64,000 bases of DNA from Lophium mytilinum. Lineage: Eukaryota. The stretch is from contig MU004181.1 of the NCBI GenBank assembly GCA_010093605.1, forward strand, positions 3,162,001 through 3,226,000. Reading direction: 5' to 3'. The notes beneath the pieces are model-generated. The model was not told where the DNA came from. It was given only the letters and a program-made list of their open reading frames with translations, and searched no databases. The position numbers were made by a program, and so were the translations under genes. Below, in pieces: positions 63,033 through 64,000 of this stretch; within the stretch, counting starts at the first letter, position 1, and every line of letters starts with the position of its first letter.

Positions 63033-64000
63033 TCAGACGTCTTCTGTAAACTTGGAACCCCTTGAGCCATCGTGTGAGGGATGACTCCGACCGAGAGTCC
63101 CTAGAGGCAGTGGTACAGGCGAGTGTGGCGGGCTTGGTCCATCGCGAAATGGTGGGTCCTCGTCAGGATGATGAATGACGGGCGTTCGTGCAGGTGACGG
63201 CATCATTTTCTCCTCTGTAATACCACCCACCGCTGCAGCCCCGACAGGTACGCCCGGTCCGCCATAAAAGCCTTGGCTATCACGGTAGAAAGACGAGCCT
63301 GACAGAGTGGATCTATCAAAGGGAACCGCGTCTGAAGTCATGCCTTCACTGAAAGCTGAGGGAAGTTTTCGTCCTGATATCTTCTGGAACCCTCGCTCTT
63401 GACCAGCGCCACCTGTTTCAGCCGTTCCCTTGGAGGATCCAGAAAAGCGGCTAAGGAAAGACGCTGCGGCGACAGGCATGAAGCTAATTTGTTGCGCCAT
63501 AGGCTGGCCAGCTAGGGCGACGGGTCCAGTGTCCGTGGTGTCGTTCGTCGTGGATAGCTGAATTGCTCCTTGTCGCTTTCGCTTGTATTGACGCAATAGG
63601 AAAAGAGCAATTACGAGCAGAATTGCAAGGCCAGCGAGGCTGCCAATAACGCCACCAACCACCTTGGGAGTCGAAACTGAATTGTTGTCGGAGCTGCCAC
63701 CGTCCCCATTGCCTGCCGCTGCTGTAGGCGTACTGCTGGCAGTTCCTGTGCCACCAGGACCTACACCGCCACCGCCCCCGAAAGCTGACGTTGTAGCTGA
63801 TGAAACTTGCTGCGATGTGGAGCCTGTGGTCTGGGATGATTGGCTAGATGAGTCTTGAGAAGTAGATGTGAGTCGAGATGTGGATAAGATTGTACTATTC
63901 AAGTCGACGGAGAAACTAGTACTGGACGAGGCGCTACCTGAGATATTGTGTTAGTGAATGCTCTTTAAAGCCAACAGAGATATTTACTTGAGTTTCCGCT
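63033..64000 (-). CDS. Single-pass membrane protein with Ser/Thr-rich ectodomain (Mid2-like architecture), 5' end outside window
   Basis: S/T-rich stretch, TM VVGGVIGSLAGLAILLVIALFLL followed by RQYKRKR, tail ending ...HDGSRGSKFTEDV. Intron near 63939-63987. Confidence 0.8.

Noticed and set aside
93..63858. Numerous antisense or alternate-frame ORFs over real genes (e.g. 4157-4792, 13243-13692, 31037-31645)
   Set aside because: Shadows of GC-rich codon usage in the called genes.

Overview
Gene-dense, intron-rich filamentous ascomycete DNA; Dothideomycetes is my inference from gene content. Genes in order: 3' part of CSF1/BLTP1, two intronless hypothetical genes, isochorismatase, UPF2, ChsD-type chitin synthase, a small Gly-rich protein, Mto2/Spa18, PRP45, TAF11, an ankyrin protein, RPL4, an F-box-like protein, a Zn2Cys6 factor, THI80, KRE6/SKN1, pyruvate decarboxylase, a beta-lactamase-family hydrolase, parvulin, a hexose transporter, a hypothetical protein and a partial single-pass membrane protein. 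The standout is a ~7 kb block at 4.1-9.8 kb. There, two co-oriented hypothetical genes that appear to be diverged paralogs (shared D-x(5/6)-C-[VI]-R-Y...[FY]PT module) flank a non-coding, degenerate 161-162 bp tandem array of about 8 units. A second unexplained locus is a nested fold-back region near 37 kb that may be a structured ncRNA. All calls are by eye; no searches were run.
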